A stretch of DNA of 63,953 nucleotides, the filler included, from an uncultured bacterium (lineage in GTDB: Bacteria > B130-G9): NCBI GenBank assembly GCA_965372715.1. It is 3 parts of 3 records of this genome, joined end to end, with 100 filler letters (N's around TTAATTAATTAA, not from the genome) between each part and the next. Parts side by side here need not be neighbours in the genome. Positions count along the whole stretch, not along the records: positions 1 to 29,136 come from CBDVDH010000051.1; 2 more parts are not named here. One strand, written 5' to 3'. Under the pieces are notes generated by a model, which searched no databases, was not told where the DNA came from, and was given only the letters and a program-made list of their open reading frames with translations. Position 1 is the first letter of the stretch; the number at the start of each line of letters is the position of its first letter. Of the stretch, positions 10,367-19,547 are shown piece after piece. Position numbers and translations under genes: made by a program.

Positions 10367-12622
10367 TTACTCAAACCTCCACGAGGCGATAGAGATATCA
10401 CCCGCAATCGGCGAGGCATACCCCGGCTTAGTCATTGCGGCAAACCAGACATAGTCGCCGGCTGAGAGCTCGGGCAGATTCATTTCGAGAATAACTGACG
10501 GTCCGAAGGAGAAGCTATCGGGAATAATGAAGTCACCATAGGCTGGCGCCAATCCCGGCGTAAAGCCCGGCCAAGAAAGAAAAGTGCCATCAGGCAGACC
10601 AACGCCCAGGTAGATATCAACTGTCATCGCCGGCCCCGGATTCTGCAGACTGGCCTTAACAATCATCCGCTCGCCAAGATAGTAGAGGGGCTGGTTAGTG
10701 GCGACCGAGATAGCCGGCATCTGGCTGAGGACACTGAGTCCGGCATAGTGGGTCCCGAACCACTTGTTGCCCGCAGTGTCTATGGCAATCGCCCACCTCG
10801 GGTCGGCGGCCAGACCGCTGTTGCCAGTGTTATACGTGGTCCAGCTGCCGTCGGGATGGAGAACGCTGACGCCGGCGTCGGTGCCTAGCCATTTACTTCC
10901 GGCCGCGTCAACTGCAATGGCATACACCGAATCATCAGTTAGACCGCTGTTGCCAGTGTTGTACGTAGTCCAGCTGCAATCAGAGTAGAGGACGCTAACG
11001 CCGCCGTTCGTCCCAAACCACTTGTTGCCTGCGCTGTCTATCGCAATGGAGCTCACGTCGTTAGTAATAAGGCCGCTGTCAGCAGCAATGTAGGTCGTCC
11101 AGCTCCCGTCGGGATGGAGGACGCTGACGCCATGCCCAAACCACCAATTGCTCGAGCTCTCCCAGGTCGCGAACCAGTAGTTGCCTGCCGTATCTGTGAC
11201 GATGGCAACCACCCAGTCGCTGGCCAAACCGCTATTGCCGCTGTTGTGGGTGGCCCAGCTCCCATCAGGATGGAGGACGCTGACGCCGCGGCCGTTCGTC
11301 CCAAACCATTTGTTGCCTGCGCTGTCTATCGCAATGCTCGTCACGAAGTTGTAAACCAGTCCGCTGTTACTGCTGTTGTAAGTCCTCCAGCTGCCGTCAG
11401 AGTAGAGGACGCTAACGCCGTCCCATGTCGCGAACCACTTGTTGCCTTCCGCATCTGTGGAGATGTCGTACACGAAGTTATGAGCCATGCCGCTGTTGCC
11501 AGTATTGTAGGTGGCCCAGATACCGTCAGGATGGAGAACGCTGAGGCCGCAACCAACAGTCCCGAACCACCTCGTGCCTCCAGAATCTATGGCAATGGAC
11601 TGCACGGCATTGCTGGCCAGACCGCTGTTGGCTGCACTGGTGATGGTCCAGCTGCCATCAATGTGCAGGATGTTGACGCCGCGGCGGGCGGTTCCGAACC
11701 ACTTGTTGCCAATTGTGTCTATCGTGATGGCAAACACATCGTCGTCAGCTAGACCACTATTGCCTCTATTATAGGTGGTCCATGTGCCATCTGCATGGAG
11801 GGCGCTGACGCCACCACGCCGGGTCCCAAACCACTTATTTCCCGCCGCATCCAAGGCGATAGCCTTCACGTAGATAGAAGCTAGACCGCTGGTGGCACTA
11901 TTGTACGTGGTCCAGCTGCCATCATTGTGAAGGACGCTCACGCCTCGGTAAGTCCCAAACCACTTATTGCCCACCGCATCTAAGGCGATAGCCACCACCC
12001 TGTCATCGGCGAGACCGCTGTTGGCACAATTGTACGTGGTCCAGCTGCCATCAACGTGGAGAACGCTCACGCCTCCGTAAGTCCCAAACCACTTGTCGCC
12101 GGCGCTATCTACGGCAATGTCACAGACATGGCGGTGGGCCAGGCCGCTGTTCGCAAGATCGTATGTGGTCCAGCTGCCGTCAGAGTGGAGGACGCTGACC
12201 CCGCCGCCGTAGGTCCCAAACCACTTGTTGCCGGCTGCATCTACAGTCACGACAAGCACCCAGTCTCCAGCCAGGCCGCTGTTGTTTTGATTGTAGGTTG
12301 CCCAGCTGCCATCAACATCGAGGACGCTCACTCCTCCGTAAGTCCCAAACCACTTGTTGCCGGCGGTATCTATGGCTATGGCAGAAACGTGGGTACTCGC
12401 CAAGCCGTCTGCCTTCGTATAAGCAATCTTCTGGCCAGAATTGACGTCAAACCGGGTCACTCCACCATAACCGCCACACCAGACATAACGCTCCCCATCA
12501 CATGCCATTGCGTACAGGAATTTGCCGTCAATGTAGTTAATCCATGTATCCATCGCGAGCGTTCCCACCGCCGTCATTGTCGCCAAGACAACCACCGTCA
12601 CCAGTAGAACTGACCTTCTCAT
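10367..12622 (-). CDS. Secreted Reg_prop-type repeat beta-propeller protein with C-terminal Ig-like domain
   Basis: Signal peptide MRRSVLL...; ~13-14 repeats of WTTYNxxNSGLxxxxVxxIAxDxAGNKWFGTxxGVSVLHxDGS; start moved to 12622. Confidence 0.85.
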   Translation of the reverse strand: MRRSVLLVTVVVLATMTAVGTLAMDTWINYIDGKFLYAMACDGERYVWCGGYGGVTRFDVNSGQKIAYTKADGLASTHVSAIAIDTAGNKWFGTYGGVSVLDVDGSWATYNQNNSGLAGDWVLVVTVDAAGNKWFGTYGGGVSVLHSDGSWTTYDLANSGLAHRHVCDIAVDSAGDKWFGTYGGVSVLHVDGSWTTYNCANSGLADDRVVAIALDAVGNKWFGTYRGVSVLHNDGSWTTYNSATSGLASIYVKAIALDAAGNKWFGTRRGGVSALHADGTWTTYNRGNSGLADDDVFAITIDTIGNKWFGTARRGVNILHIDGSWTITSAANSGLASNAVQSIAIDSGGTRWFGTVGCGLSVLHPDGIWATYNTGNSGMAHNFVYDISTDAEGNKWFATWDGVSVLYSDGSWRTYNSSNSGLVYNFVTSIAIDSAGNKWFGTNGRGVSVLHPDGSWATHNSGNSGLASDWVVAIVTDTAGNYWFATWESSSNWWFGHGVSVLHPDGSWTTYIAADSGLITNDVSSIAIDSAGNKWFGTNGGVSVLYSDCSWTTYNTGNSGLTDDSVYAIAVDAAGSKWLGTDAGVSVLHPDGSWTTYNTGNSGLAADPRWAIAIDTAGNKWFGTHYAGLSVLSQMPAISVATNQPLYYLGERMIVKASLQNPGPAMTVDIYLGVGLPDGTFLSWPGFTPGLAPAYGDFIIPDSFSFGPSVILEMNLPELSAGDYVWFAAMTKPGYASPIAGDISIASWRFE

Positions 12623-12818
12623 CTTACTCTCCTTTTCTCCCTCTTTTACTCTTTCCCTAAGGTTACGACTTTCTTTTTCACTCTCTAACCCGCTCTTCAA
12701 GCCTCCCCTCATTCAACAGACTAGCTCATCGCCTCCTTGCTGAGACGTTAATCCGCATGCACTCGAGATTTCCGTTCAGAAGTGCAGTCTGCCTGACAAG
12801 AGTCCCTTGAGAATCCTC

Positions 12819-14219
12819 TTACAGCGGCTCTTTGCTCCCCCCTTCTCCCTTTCTCCCTTTTTCCTTTTCTCCCATTTCCGCCTTGCGACGACTCTTCTCC
12901 TTCAGCGCTTTGATCTTCTCGAGGCGCTTCAGTATCTCCGCCTCGCGCCCAATGCCGGACGGCTCGTAGAGCAGTATATCCAAGAGCTCCTCCGGCAGGT
13001 AGTCCTGATCGACCCAGTGGCCCCTGAAGCTGTGTGGATACTTGTAGCCAACGCCGTAGCCGATGTCCTTAGCCGCCGCGAATGCGCTTTCCCGAAGGTG
13101 AAGCGGCACGCTCAGCTTGTCTCCCTTCCTCTCAATGACCTCCTCTGCCCTATCTATCGCAACACACGAAGCGTTGCTCTTGGGCGCCGAGGCCAGGTAG
13201 GTCGTCGCCTGCGAGAGTATGATCCGCGCCTCGGGCATCCCGACCATCTCGACCGCCTTTGCCGCGCTCGCCGCCACAACGATGCCCATCGGGTCGGCGT
13301 TGCCGATGTCCTCCGACGCCAGTATCAGGAGGCGCCTCGCCACGAATATCGGGTCCTCGCCGGCGACGAGCATTCTCGCGAGCCACAGAACGGCCGCGTC
13401 GGGGTCGCTGCCCCGGACACTCTTTATGAAGGCCGAGATGGTGTCGTAATGCCTGTCGCCAGCCTTGTCGTAGTAGTTGGCCCTCTGTTGAGCGGCGTCC
13501 GCGACGTTGTCGGCGGTGATGATCGCCCTGCCGTGCTCATTCTTGTCGGCCAGCGTGATAGAGAGCTCCAAGATGTTCAGTGCCTGCCTCGCATCCCCGC
13601 CGGCCAGCCGCGCAATCATCTCCTTCACGCCCTCGTCCAGCAGAGGCTGATTCTCCTGAAGTAACTCGTCGCCGGTAAGCGCCCGGTCAAGCACCGTCAA
13701 GAGCTCGTCGCGGGTGAGCGGCTTCAGCATGAAGGTGCGCGTTCTCGAACGAAGCGGCGGGATCACCTCGTAAGACGGATTCTCAGTGGTGGCGCCGATC
13801 AGGATGACCGTCCCGTCCTCGACGGCCGGCAGGAGCCGATCCTGCTGTGCCTTATTGAACCGGTGGATCTCGTCGATGAAGAGGATCGTCCGCTTTCTGT
13901 AAAGCGACTTATCCTGCTTTGCCACCTCAATCACGCGTTTGACGTCCGCGACGCCGGAACCGACCGCGGTCAACCGCACGAACTCGGCCCTCGTCTCCTG
14001 GGCCATGGTCATTGCGAGCGTCGTCTTCCCACTGCCGGGCGGCCCCCAGAAGATCATCGAGAAGATGCGGTCTTCCTCGATCTGCCTCCTGAGCGGCTTC
14101 CCGGGCCCGATGAGGTGCTGCTGCCCGATTATCTCATCCAGCGACTTCGGCCTGACCCTGGCCGCCAGCGGCGCCATCTCCCGTTCATCAAACGCACTGT
14201 TCTCAAGAAGGCTTTTCAT
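12819..14219 (-). CDS. rarA: Replication-associated recombination protein A (MgsA/RarA AAA+ ATPase)
   Basis: [62 protein letters not shown]. Confidence 0.95.
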   Translation of the reverse strand: MKSLLENSAFDEREMAPLAARVRPKSLDEIIGQQHLIGPGKPLRRQIEEDRIFSMIFWGPPGSGKTTLAMTMAQETRAEFVRLTAVGSGVADVKRVIEVAKQDKSLYRKRTILFIDEIHRFNKAQQDRLLPAVEDGTVILIGATTENPSYEVIPPLRSRTRTFMLKPLTRDELLTVLDRALTGDELLQENQPLLDEGVKEMIARLAGGDARQALNILELSITLADKNEHGRAIITADNVADAAQQRANYYDKAGDRHYDTISAFIKSVRGSDPDAAVLWLARMLVAGEDPIFVARRLLILASEDIGNADPMGIVVAASAAKAVEMVGMPEARIILSQATTYLASAPKSNASCVAIDRAEEVIERKGDKLSVPLHLRESAFAAAKDIGYGVGYKYPHSFRGHWVDQDYLPEELLDILLYEPSGIGREAEILKRLEKIKALKEKSRRKAEMGEKEKGRKGEGGSKEPL

Positions 14220-14452
14220 ACTCTAATTATTTCTTGAAACGCCTCAAAACACCAGAGGCTTTGGAGGCGAGTGCACGAGCCACACCCTCATCGGGCCTTC
14301 GACTCAATCGATCCACGAAGGACACGAAGACACACGAAGGGAACAAGAACCTTAAACTTATGCCGGCCTTTCTCGTTCGCAGTAGCCTCCGCCGTCGCTG
14401 AGCTTTGGCGAACAGGTTGGCGAAGGAGGATTCTCCCTATACGTGCCGTGCC

Positions 14453-14480
14453 TTGACGGCGGTGGGGATCGCTCTATCAT
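14453..14480 (+). promoter_or_regulatory. Putative sigma-70 promoter for the Trm112-like/GT9 genes
   Basis: TTGACG-N16-TATCAT. Confidence 0.5.
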
Positions 14481-14554
14481 AGACCGCAGAGGTTGATTGG
14501 ACGTTTAGTCCATTCTTGGCCGGATATAGGTAGCGAGCATCGGAGGAGGCGTAG

Positions 14555-14725
14555 ATGGCTTTGGATAAGGAGCTTCTAGACATTTTGGTGTGCCCGAAGT
14601 GCAAGGGCGAGCTTGAATACAAGGAAGAGGAGCTGAGGCTCATCTGTCAGGTCTGCAAGCTGGCGTATCGGATCGAGGACGACATTCCCGTAATGCTGAT
14701 CGACGAGGCCGAATCGACGAAGTAA
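14555..14725 (+). CDS. Trm112/YcaR family protein (56 aa; absent from ORF track)
   Basis: GGAGGAGG RBS; MALDKELLDILVCPKCKGEL...ICQVCKLAYRIEDDIPVMLIDEA matches the family pattern. Confidence 0.9.
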   Translation: MALDKELLDILVCPKCKGELEYKEEELRLICQVCKLAYRIEDDIPVMLIDEAESTK

Positions 14726-14881
14726 TCGCAGTGCGATCGTCTGATCAGGTCTCACCACAGAGACACAGAGACACAGAGATGAGAGCGCGCTCGGCGCCGG
14801 GTTGTCCAGCTCATGATTCGGTATTGCGTGTCGTAGGGGCGGTGCTTGCCCCGCCCGAAAGGCTGAGGAGGAGATGTACAA

Positions 14882-15955
14882 GTGAAGGTCTCTGTGCCGC
14901 TGAACCTTGCCGAGATCAAGAGCGCGCTGTTCATAAGGATCAGATCGCTAGGCGACACGGTTCTTTTCACGCCGACCATCGAGAACTTCAGGCGCGCGTG
15001 TCCCGAGGCACGGCTCAGCGTCGTCGTTGACCGAGCCTCCGCGAGCGTTCTTGCAGACAACCCCGACATTGACGAGATAATCGTCTCCCCGAGCGGCAAT
15101 AGGCCCGACCGCTTCCTCAGCTTTGCGTCGAAGCTCTTGCGACGCCGCTTCGATCTTGCAATCGATTTTCACGGCGGCCCTAGAGGCGCGCTCGCGGCGT
15201 TTCTATCGAGAGCCAAGTACCGCGTTGGATGGCAAGAAAGCGGGCATTCGTTCGTGTATAACGTCCGGGTGCCGAGGGCGAGAGAAATCCTAAAGACGAC
15301 ATCGGTCATCCACACGGTCGCCAAGAACCTTGCGCCTCTTCTGATGATCGGAGTCCCAATTACCTCGACGGCGACCAGGGTCTTCGTCGGCCCTGAGGAG
15401 CGTCGCTCGCTTGACGCGAAACTGAGGGCTGCCGGAATCGATGGCAGCAAGCCGATCCTGCTAGTTCACGTCGGCGCCACGAAGAAAAGAAAGGAGTATC
15501 CGGCGGAGGGCCTCGCCCGCGTTTTGAGTTCCTATCTCAAGGAGGGAAGAATGCAGCCGTTGATTCTCGGCTCGACGGATGATCTAGCGAGATGGGAATC
15601 GATCGAAGAGCTTCTTTCGGACGAGGCGCGAGAACGCGTGACGTCGCTGGTCGGCAAGATCAGCGTTTCCGAGGTCAAGGCGTTGTGCGAACTGGCCTCG
15701 GTCTTCCTTGGCCCCGACAGCGGGCTGATGCACATTGCCGACGCGCTGGGCACGTCCAGCGTGGCCCTGTTTGGCAAGACTGAGCTGCGGCTCTGGCATC
15801 CCTGGCAATCGACGCACATCGTCCTGCGGCCGTGCGCCGAGGTAACATGTAAAACCTCGTGCTCTCATTACGGGACGAGGCAGGGCTGCCTGGCCTTGAT
15901 AGCTGAGGATGAGATCGTGGAAGCGATTCTGGAGCTTGAGTCGCTCCGCGCCTGA
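14882..15955 (+). CDS. Glycosyltransferase family 9 (LPS heptosyltransferase-like)
   Basis: RSLGDT, FDLAIDFHG, GPDSGLMHIADALG, ALFG motifs. Confidence 0.9.
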   Translation: MKVSVPLNLAEIKSALFIRIRSLGDTVLFTPTIENFRRACPEARLSVVVDRASASVLADNPDIDEIIVSPSGNRPDRFLSFASKLLRRRFDLAIDFHGGPRGALAAFLSRAKYRVGWQESGHSFVYNVRVPRAREILKTTSVIHTVAKNLAPLLMIGVPITSTATRVFVGPEERRSLDAKLRAAGIDGSKPILLVHVGATKKRKEYPAEGLARVLSSYLKEGRMQPLILGSTDDLARWESIEELLSDEARERVTSLVGKISVSEVKALCELASVFLGPDSGLMHIADALGTSSVALFGKTELRLWHPWQSTHIVLRPCAEVTCKTSCSHYGTRQGCLALIAEDEIVEAILELESLRA

Positions 15956-16008
15956 GCGCCGAAGTGCCGTTGTTGCACCTATATCATGTGCAACCCATGC
16001 TCCATTGA

Positions 16009-16509
16009 TTAGCGGTCTGTCGGTCGCATCTCAGCAAGGAAATTCTTGATCGCCGAAACGCACCCCTTTATTGCCTCCAGGCACGGCTCCCGAAGAGGAC
16101 GAATCGCCGCTTGAGCATGACCCTTGTACCTCCAGAGATCGAGAGGGGTCGAATTGATATAGTGGTTGATTTGATAGAAGTAACTGTAGGTTCGCAGCAG
16201 CGACGCCTTTGTGTCCTCCGGCACAAGCCAAAGCAGGTTGAACTTGATGAAGTTGTCGAAACCCGAGGTCCGTATCGGCGGCCAGTAATCCTTCTCTGAG
16301 CTGCTTGGGTCAAGGGCACGGGATGCCGAGGCGGCTTCCAGCTCGTTAACCACAACCTCAAGATTAGCCCTTAGTTGCATCTTGCGTTGCTGTTCTCGCT
16401 CCTTCTCGTCTCGTTCGCGTTTTTTCCTGTCTGAGCGCATGTTTACGAAGTATGAGACTATCCCTGTCAGAAGGCCGCCGACAACAACTGCTATAAGAGT
16501 CTCAGTCAT
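16009..16509 (-). CDS. Hypothetical membrane-anchored protein
   Basis: N-terminal TM helix followed by a charged coiled segment; downstream of the TA pair. Confidence 0.65.
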   Translation of the reverse strand: MTETLIAVVVGGLLTGIVSYFVNMRSDRKKRERDEKEREQQRKMQLRANLEVVVNELEAASASRALDPSSSEKDYWPPIRTSGFDNFIKFNLLWLVPEDTKASLLRTYSYFYQINHYINSTPLDLWRYKGHAQAAIRPLREPCLEAIKGCVSAIKNFLAEMRPTDR

Positions 16510-16544
16510 CTTGGGCTTTCATCCTTCCGCCTTCATCCTTCTCT

Positions 16545-16880
16545 TCACTCCACGACCCAGCGGCCGTGCTGACGGATCGCGTCGTACATGGCGTCTGGCG
16601 CGAGATCGGCGCCGTTCGGCCACCGAACCGCACCCATTTCAACATGGACCCTCGCGAATTCCTCCCAGTTCCGTAGTGGCTCGAAAAGCGTGTCTTCCAC
16701 CTTGGGATCGCTGAGAAAGCCCTTCAGCTCCACTTCGCCTGCCGTGCCATCTACAAATGTCACCTGAAGGCGCAGGCCGCGCAAGGCGTTGACGGAGGCG
16801 ACACGCCACGGCGCTTGCTGTCGAATGGCCGGCGCTATCTGAGTGGTTCTATGGGCTTCGGGGTTCGCAGCTGATCGCAT
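16545..16880 (-). CDS. DUF2442 family putative antitoxin
   Basis: LQVTFVDGTAG...F...GAVRWPNGADLAPDAMY; overlaps the DUF4160 gene. Confidence 0.85.
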   Translation of the reverse strand: MRSAANPEAHRTTQIAPAIRQQAPWRVASVNALRGLRLQVTFVDGTAGEVELKGFLSDPKVEDTLFEPLRNWEEFARVHVEMGAVRWPNGADLAPDAMYDAIRQHGRWVVE

Positions 16881-17095
16881 AACTTCCAGTCCTCCATTAG
16901 TTCATCTCTATGTTCAGACGCCCATTTTAACACAAGCGTCAACGCCCGGCGCGGCAGCGATCCTCGCAACACACAAAGCTCGTGTATGCCCACAGTCGCC
17001 TCGTATTCTCCGTAAAGCGCATGGAAATGGGCTGGACCATGATCGCGCCAGAACATCTGAATGACTATGCCATAGAATTGGCTAATCGTCGGCAT
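16835..17095 (-). CDS. DUF4160 family putative toxin
   Basis: MPTISQFYGIVIQMFWRDHGPAHFHALY...W...H..EL...W...IEPL. Confidence 0.9.
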   Translation of the reverse strand: MPTISQFYGIVIQMFWRDHGPAHFHALYGEYEATVGIHELCVLRGSLPRRALTLVLKWASEHRDELMEDWKLCDQLRTPKPIEPLR

Positions 17096-17125
17096 TGTAT
17101 CCTTCTCCCCCCTACGGGACAGCCT

Positions 17126-17713
17126 TTACGATCGCCTGCTTTCGAAGATGCTGTCGATTATTCCGTATTCTTTTGCCTCCGCTGCGGACATGAAGAAATC
17201 CCTGGACGTGTCGCGCCTGATCTTGCGCAGCGGCTGCCCGGTATGCTTGACCAGCATGCCATACATCGTCTCTCGTTTTCGCGACATCTCGTCGCGATAG
17301 ATGTCGAAGTCAGTGAACTTGCCCTCGTAGCCGCCAGCAGGCTCGTGCAGCATGATTGTCCCGTGAGGCAGCGAGTACCTTTTGCCGGCGGTCCCTGCGG
17401 CCAGCAATAGTGCAGCCATACTTCCTGCCAGACCAAAACAGATTGTGCTGACATCCGGTTTCACGTATTGAATCGTGTCGTATATGGCCAGGCCCGCCGT
17501 GATGCTCCCGCCGGAGCTGTTAATATAGATGCTGATGTCCTTCTCTGGGTCCTCCGCCTCAAGGAAAAGTAGCTGTGCGACGACAAGGCTTGCCAGCTCG
17601 TCGTGTATTGGGCCATGAAGGAAGATTATCCAATCCTTCAAGAGACGAGAGTAGATGTCGTAGGCTCGCTCGCCTCTACCAGTCTCCTCAACTACCATGG
17701 GCACAAGTGCCAT
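17126..17713 (-). CDS. clpP: ATP-dependent Clp protease proteolytic subunit
   Basis: [20 protein letters not shown], catalytic S (AGSMAA), H (MLHEP), D (RDFFM). Confidence 0.95.
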   Translation of the reverse strand: MALVPMVVEETGRGERAYDIYSRLLKDWIIFLHGPIHDELASLVVAQLLFLEAEDPEKDISIYINSSGGSITAGLAIYDTIQYVKPDVSTICFGLAGSMAALLLAAGTAGKRYSLPHGTIMLHEPAGGYEGKFTDFDIYRDEMSRKRETMYGMLVKHTGQPLRKIRRDTSRDFFMSAAEAKEYGIIDSIFESRRS

Positions 17714-17740
17714 AACGTTATTCCCTCCTTACTCAGTATG

Positions 17741-19069
17741 TCATTCTTGGCTTGTTTGTTCGGGTTCAACCTTCTCGTCGGCCGAATCAGAGATGAATTC
17801 GATTTCAAGGTGTTCTAGCAAAAATCGCCTGGTCTTAACGTCAATGATTCTCTTGCGTGCGTCCAGTTGGGTCTTAAAAAGCTCGATGAGGTAGTCTTTG
17901 TCATTGCGGTCTGCTTTGGGTCGAACGCCCCCGTGCTTGAGCACCTGTTCGATCTCATCTTGAGTCGCATCTATGCCTTCTTGCAGGGCCACCTGGGCCA
18001 TCAGCATCTCGCGCCTGACGGTATCCAGAACTACGGGTCTGATGGAGTGCGCGATCCGTTCGAGCTCCTCCTCGGAGCTATCCTCGTTTAGGACGCCTCG
18101 TTGCATCATGCCCAGCATTGTTCGACCAGTTCGTGTTTTCAGGATCTCGGGATGGACGTCGATCGGGTTATTCTCAAGCAGCTTCCCTAGCATCGCCCGA
18201 TCCTTCGCCTGAAGATGCTCTTCGTCATATTGCGCCTGAAGCCGGAGCTTGAGCATGTCACGCAGCGCGGCCAACGTTTGCGTCTCGCCGACCATCTCTG
18301 CCAACGAGTCGTCCAAAGGAGGCAGTTCAAGCTTCTTGATCTCCTTGATCTTGATGCTCGCCCGAACCTTATTGCCGCGAAGGTTCTCGTCCGGGAAGTC
18401 GTCCGACACCGTGTAATCGGCGACGATTTCCTCGTCTGGCTTTCTCCCGACGAGCTTCAGCCCAAAAAGCATAGTCTCGGCGGACAGAACTTCGATGGGT
18501 TCGTCCGGAGCGGAAATCAGAACTTCGTCGGTATCAAGTCCCAGGAACGCGGCATCGACCGTAACCCTATCGCTCACACAGACTTCCGCGTCCGGGCCCT
18601 CGGCTGGCTTGAGCGTCGCGAAACGTCTGCGCAGTCGCTCTAACATCTCGTCAACCATCTCGTCCGTGACCTGTTTCAACTGCGTGATCTCTATGTGCAG
18701 TCTGTCGTAACCGCGCACTTCCGGCACGATGTTCGCGCGCGTCCTGAGCCTAAAAGAGAACGGCTTACCCTCCTCGAGCGGCACAAGAGATTCCGCCTTG
18801 GGCGTGTCGATCAGATTGACGTTCTGCTCGTCCATCGCCCACAGCGAATATGCCTTCAGCAGCACCTCGCGGACCTCCTGCGGGATCTTGGCGCCTAACC
18901 TGCGCCTCAGCAGGCTATTCGGCGCCTTGCCCTTCCTGAACCCAGGAACAATGAGGGACTTCCTGTAACGGTTATAGGCCCTCTTGAACTCCTGATTCAC
19001 CTCCTCTGGGGTAATCTCAATCTCAAGCGTCTGCGATTCGCCCTCTTTTGGAACTGCCATAACCTTCAT
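17741..19069 (-). CDS. tig: Trigger factor
   Basis: GFRKGKAP ribosome-binding motif, FKBP-like middle, LPPLDD; upstream of clpP. Confidence 0.9.
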   Translation of the reverse strand: MKVMAVPKEGESQTLEIEITPEEVNQEFKRAYNRYRKSLIVPGFRKGKAPNSLLRRRLGAKIPQEVREVLLKAYSLWAMDEQNVNLIDTPKAESLVPLEEGKPFSFRLRTRANIVPEVRGYDRLHIEITQLKQVTDEMVDEMLERLRRRFATLKPAEGPDAEVCVSDRVTVDAAFLGLDTDEVLISAPDEPIEVLSAETMLFGLKLVGRKPDEEIVADYTVSDDFPDENLRGNKVRASIKIKEIKKLELPPLDDSLAEMVGETQTLAALRDMLKLRLQAQYDEEHLQAKDRAMLGKLLENNPIDVHPEILKTRTGRTMLGMMQRGVLNEDSSEEELERIAHSIRPVVLDTVRREMLMAQVALQEGIDATQDEIEQVLKHGGVRPKADRNDKDYLIELFKTQLDARKRIIDVKTRRFLLEHLEIEFISDSADEKVEPEQTSQE

Positions 19070-19229
19070 AAAGGAACCTTCTCTCGTAACTGATGTAACT
19101 TGCCCGAATCCCCTCGGTTCTGAGCCGAGGGGAGAACACCCGGTTTATTATCGTAACGGGGACAGCTCTGCAAGGTTTTATTCGGGAAGAGCTTCTGTTC
19201 TTCTGATTTTTCGGGTCATCAGAATTTGC

Positions 19230-19257
19230 TTGACAGCGTCCGAAATCTGAGTATCGT
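19230..19257 (+). promoter_or_regulatory. Putative sigma-70 promoter of the cobalamin operon
   Basis: TTGACA-N16-TATCGT just upstream of the riboswitch. Confidence 0.6.
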
Positions 19258-19269
19258 CTTTCTCGAATA

Positions 19270-19443
19270 ATCCGTGTGGATGCCTGTTGCCTAATAGGGA
19301 AGTGTGGTGAGAATCCACCGCGGGCACGCCACTGTGATCGGGGACGAAACCCGAGAAGGATGCCACTGGGCGGTTGTTACAGCGCCCGGGAAGGCCTCGG
19401 GAAGTAGTATGATCCGTAAGTCAGGATACCTGTCCACACGAGA
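19270..19443 (+). ncRNA. Cobalamin riboswitch
   Basis: AATAGGGAAG, GGTGAGAATCC, GCCACTGTGA, GCCACTGGG...GGGAAGG, B12 box AAGTCAGGATACCTG; P1 CGTGTGGA/TCCACACG; upstream of a TonB receptor. Confidence 0.92.
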
Positions 19444-19496
19444 GCTTCTAAATAGGTCCCTCGGTGATCGGGGATGAGGCGATTTGTCTTTTTTCC

Positions 19497-19530
19497 ACCC
19501 CAGCCGGGGGACCCTGGTTGGGGTTTTTGT
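19497..19530 (+). terminator. Intrinsic terminator (riboswitch expression platform)
   Basis: ACCCCAGCCGGG-loop-CCTGGTTGGGGT followed by TTTTGT. Confidence 0.75.
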
Positions 19531-19547
19531 ATTTGTTGAGAGACGGT

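Noticed and set aside
10760-12420. Periodic DNA repeats suggesting CRISPR or a DGR
   Set aside because: They are ~130-bp in-frame coding repeats; no spacers, cas genes, template repeat or DGR RT.
19464-19547. ORF-track N-terminal extensions (btuB, gltX, 12712, 27822, 31156, 53608, 57046, 62947)
   Set aside because: They run through terminators, promoters or repeats; downstream starts fit RBS, signal peptide or family N-termini better.
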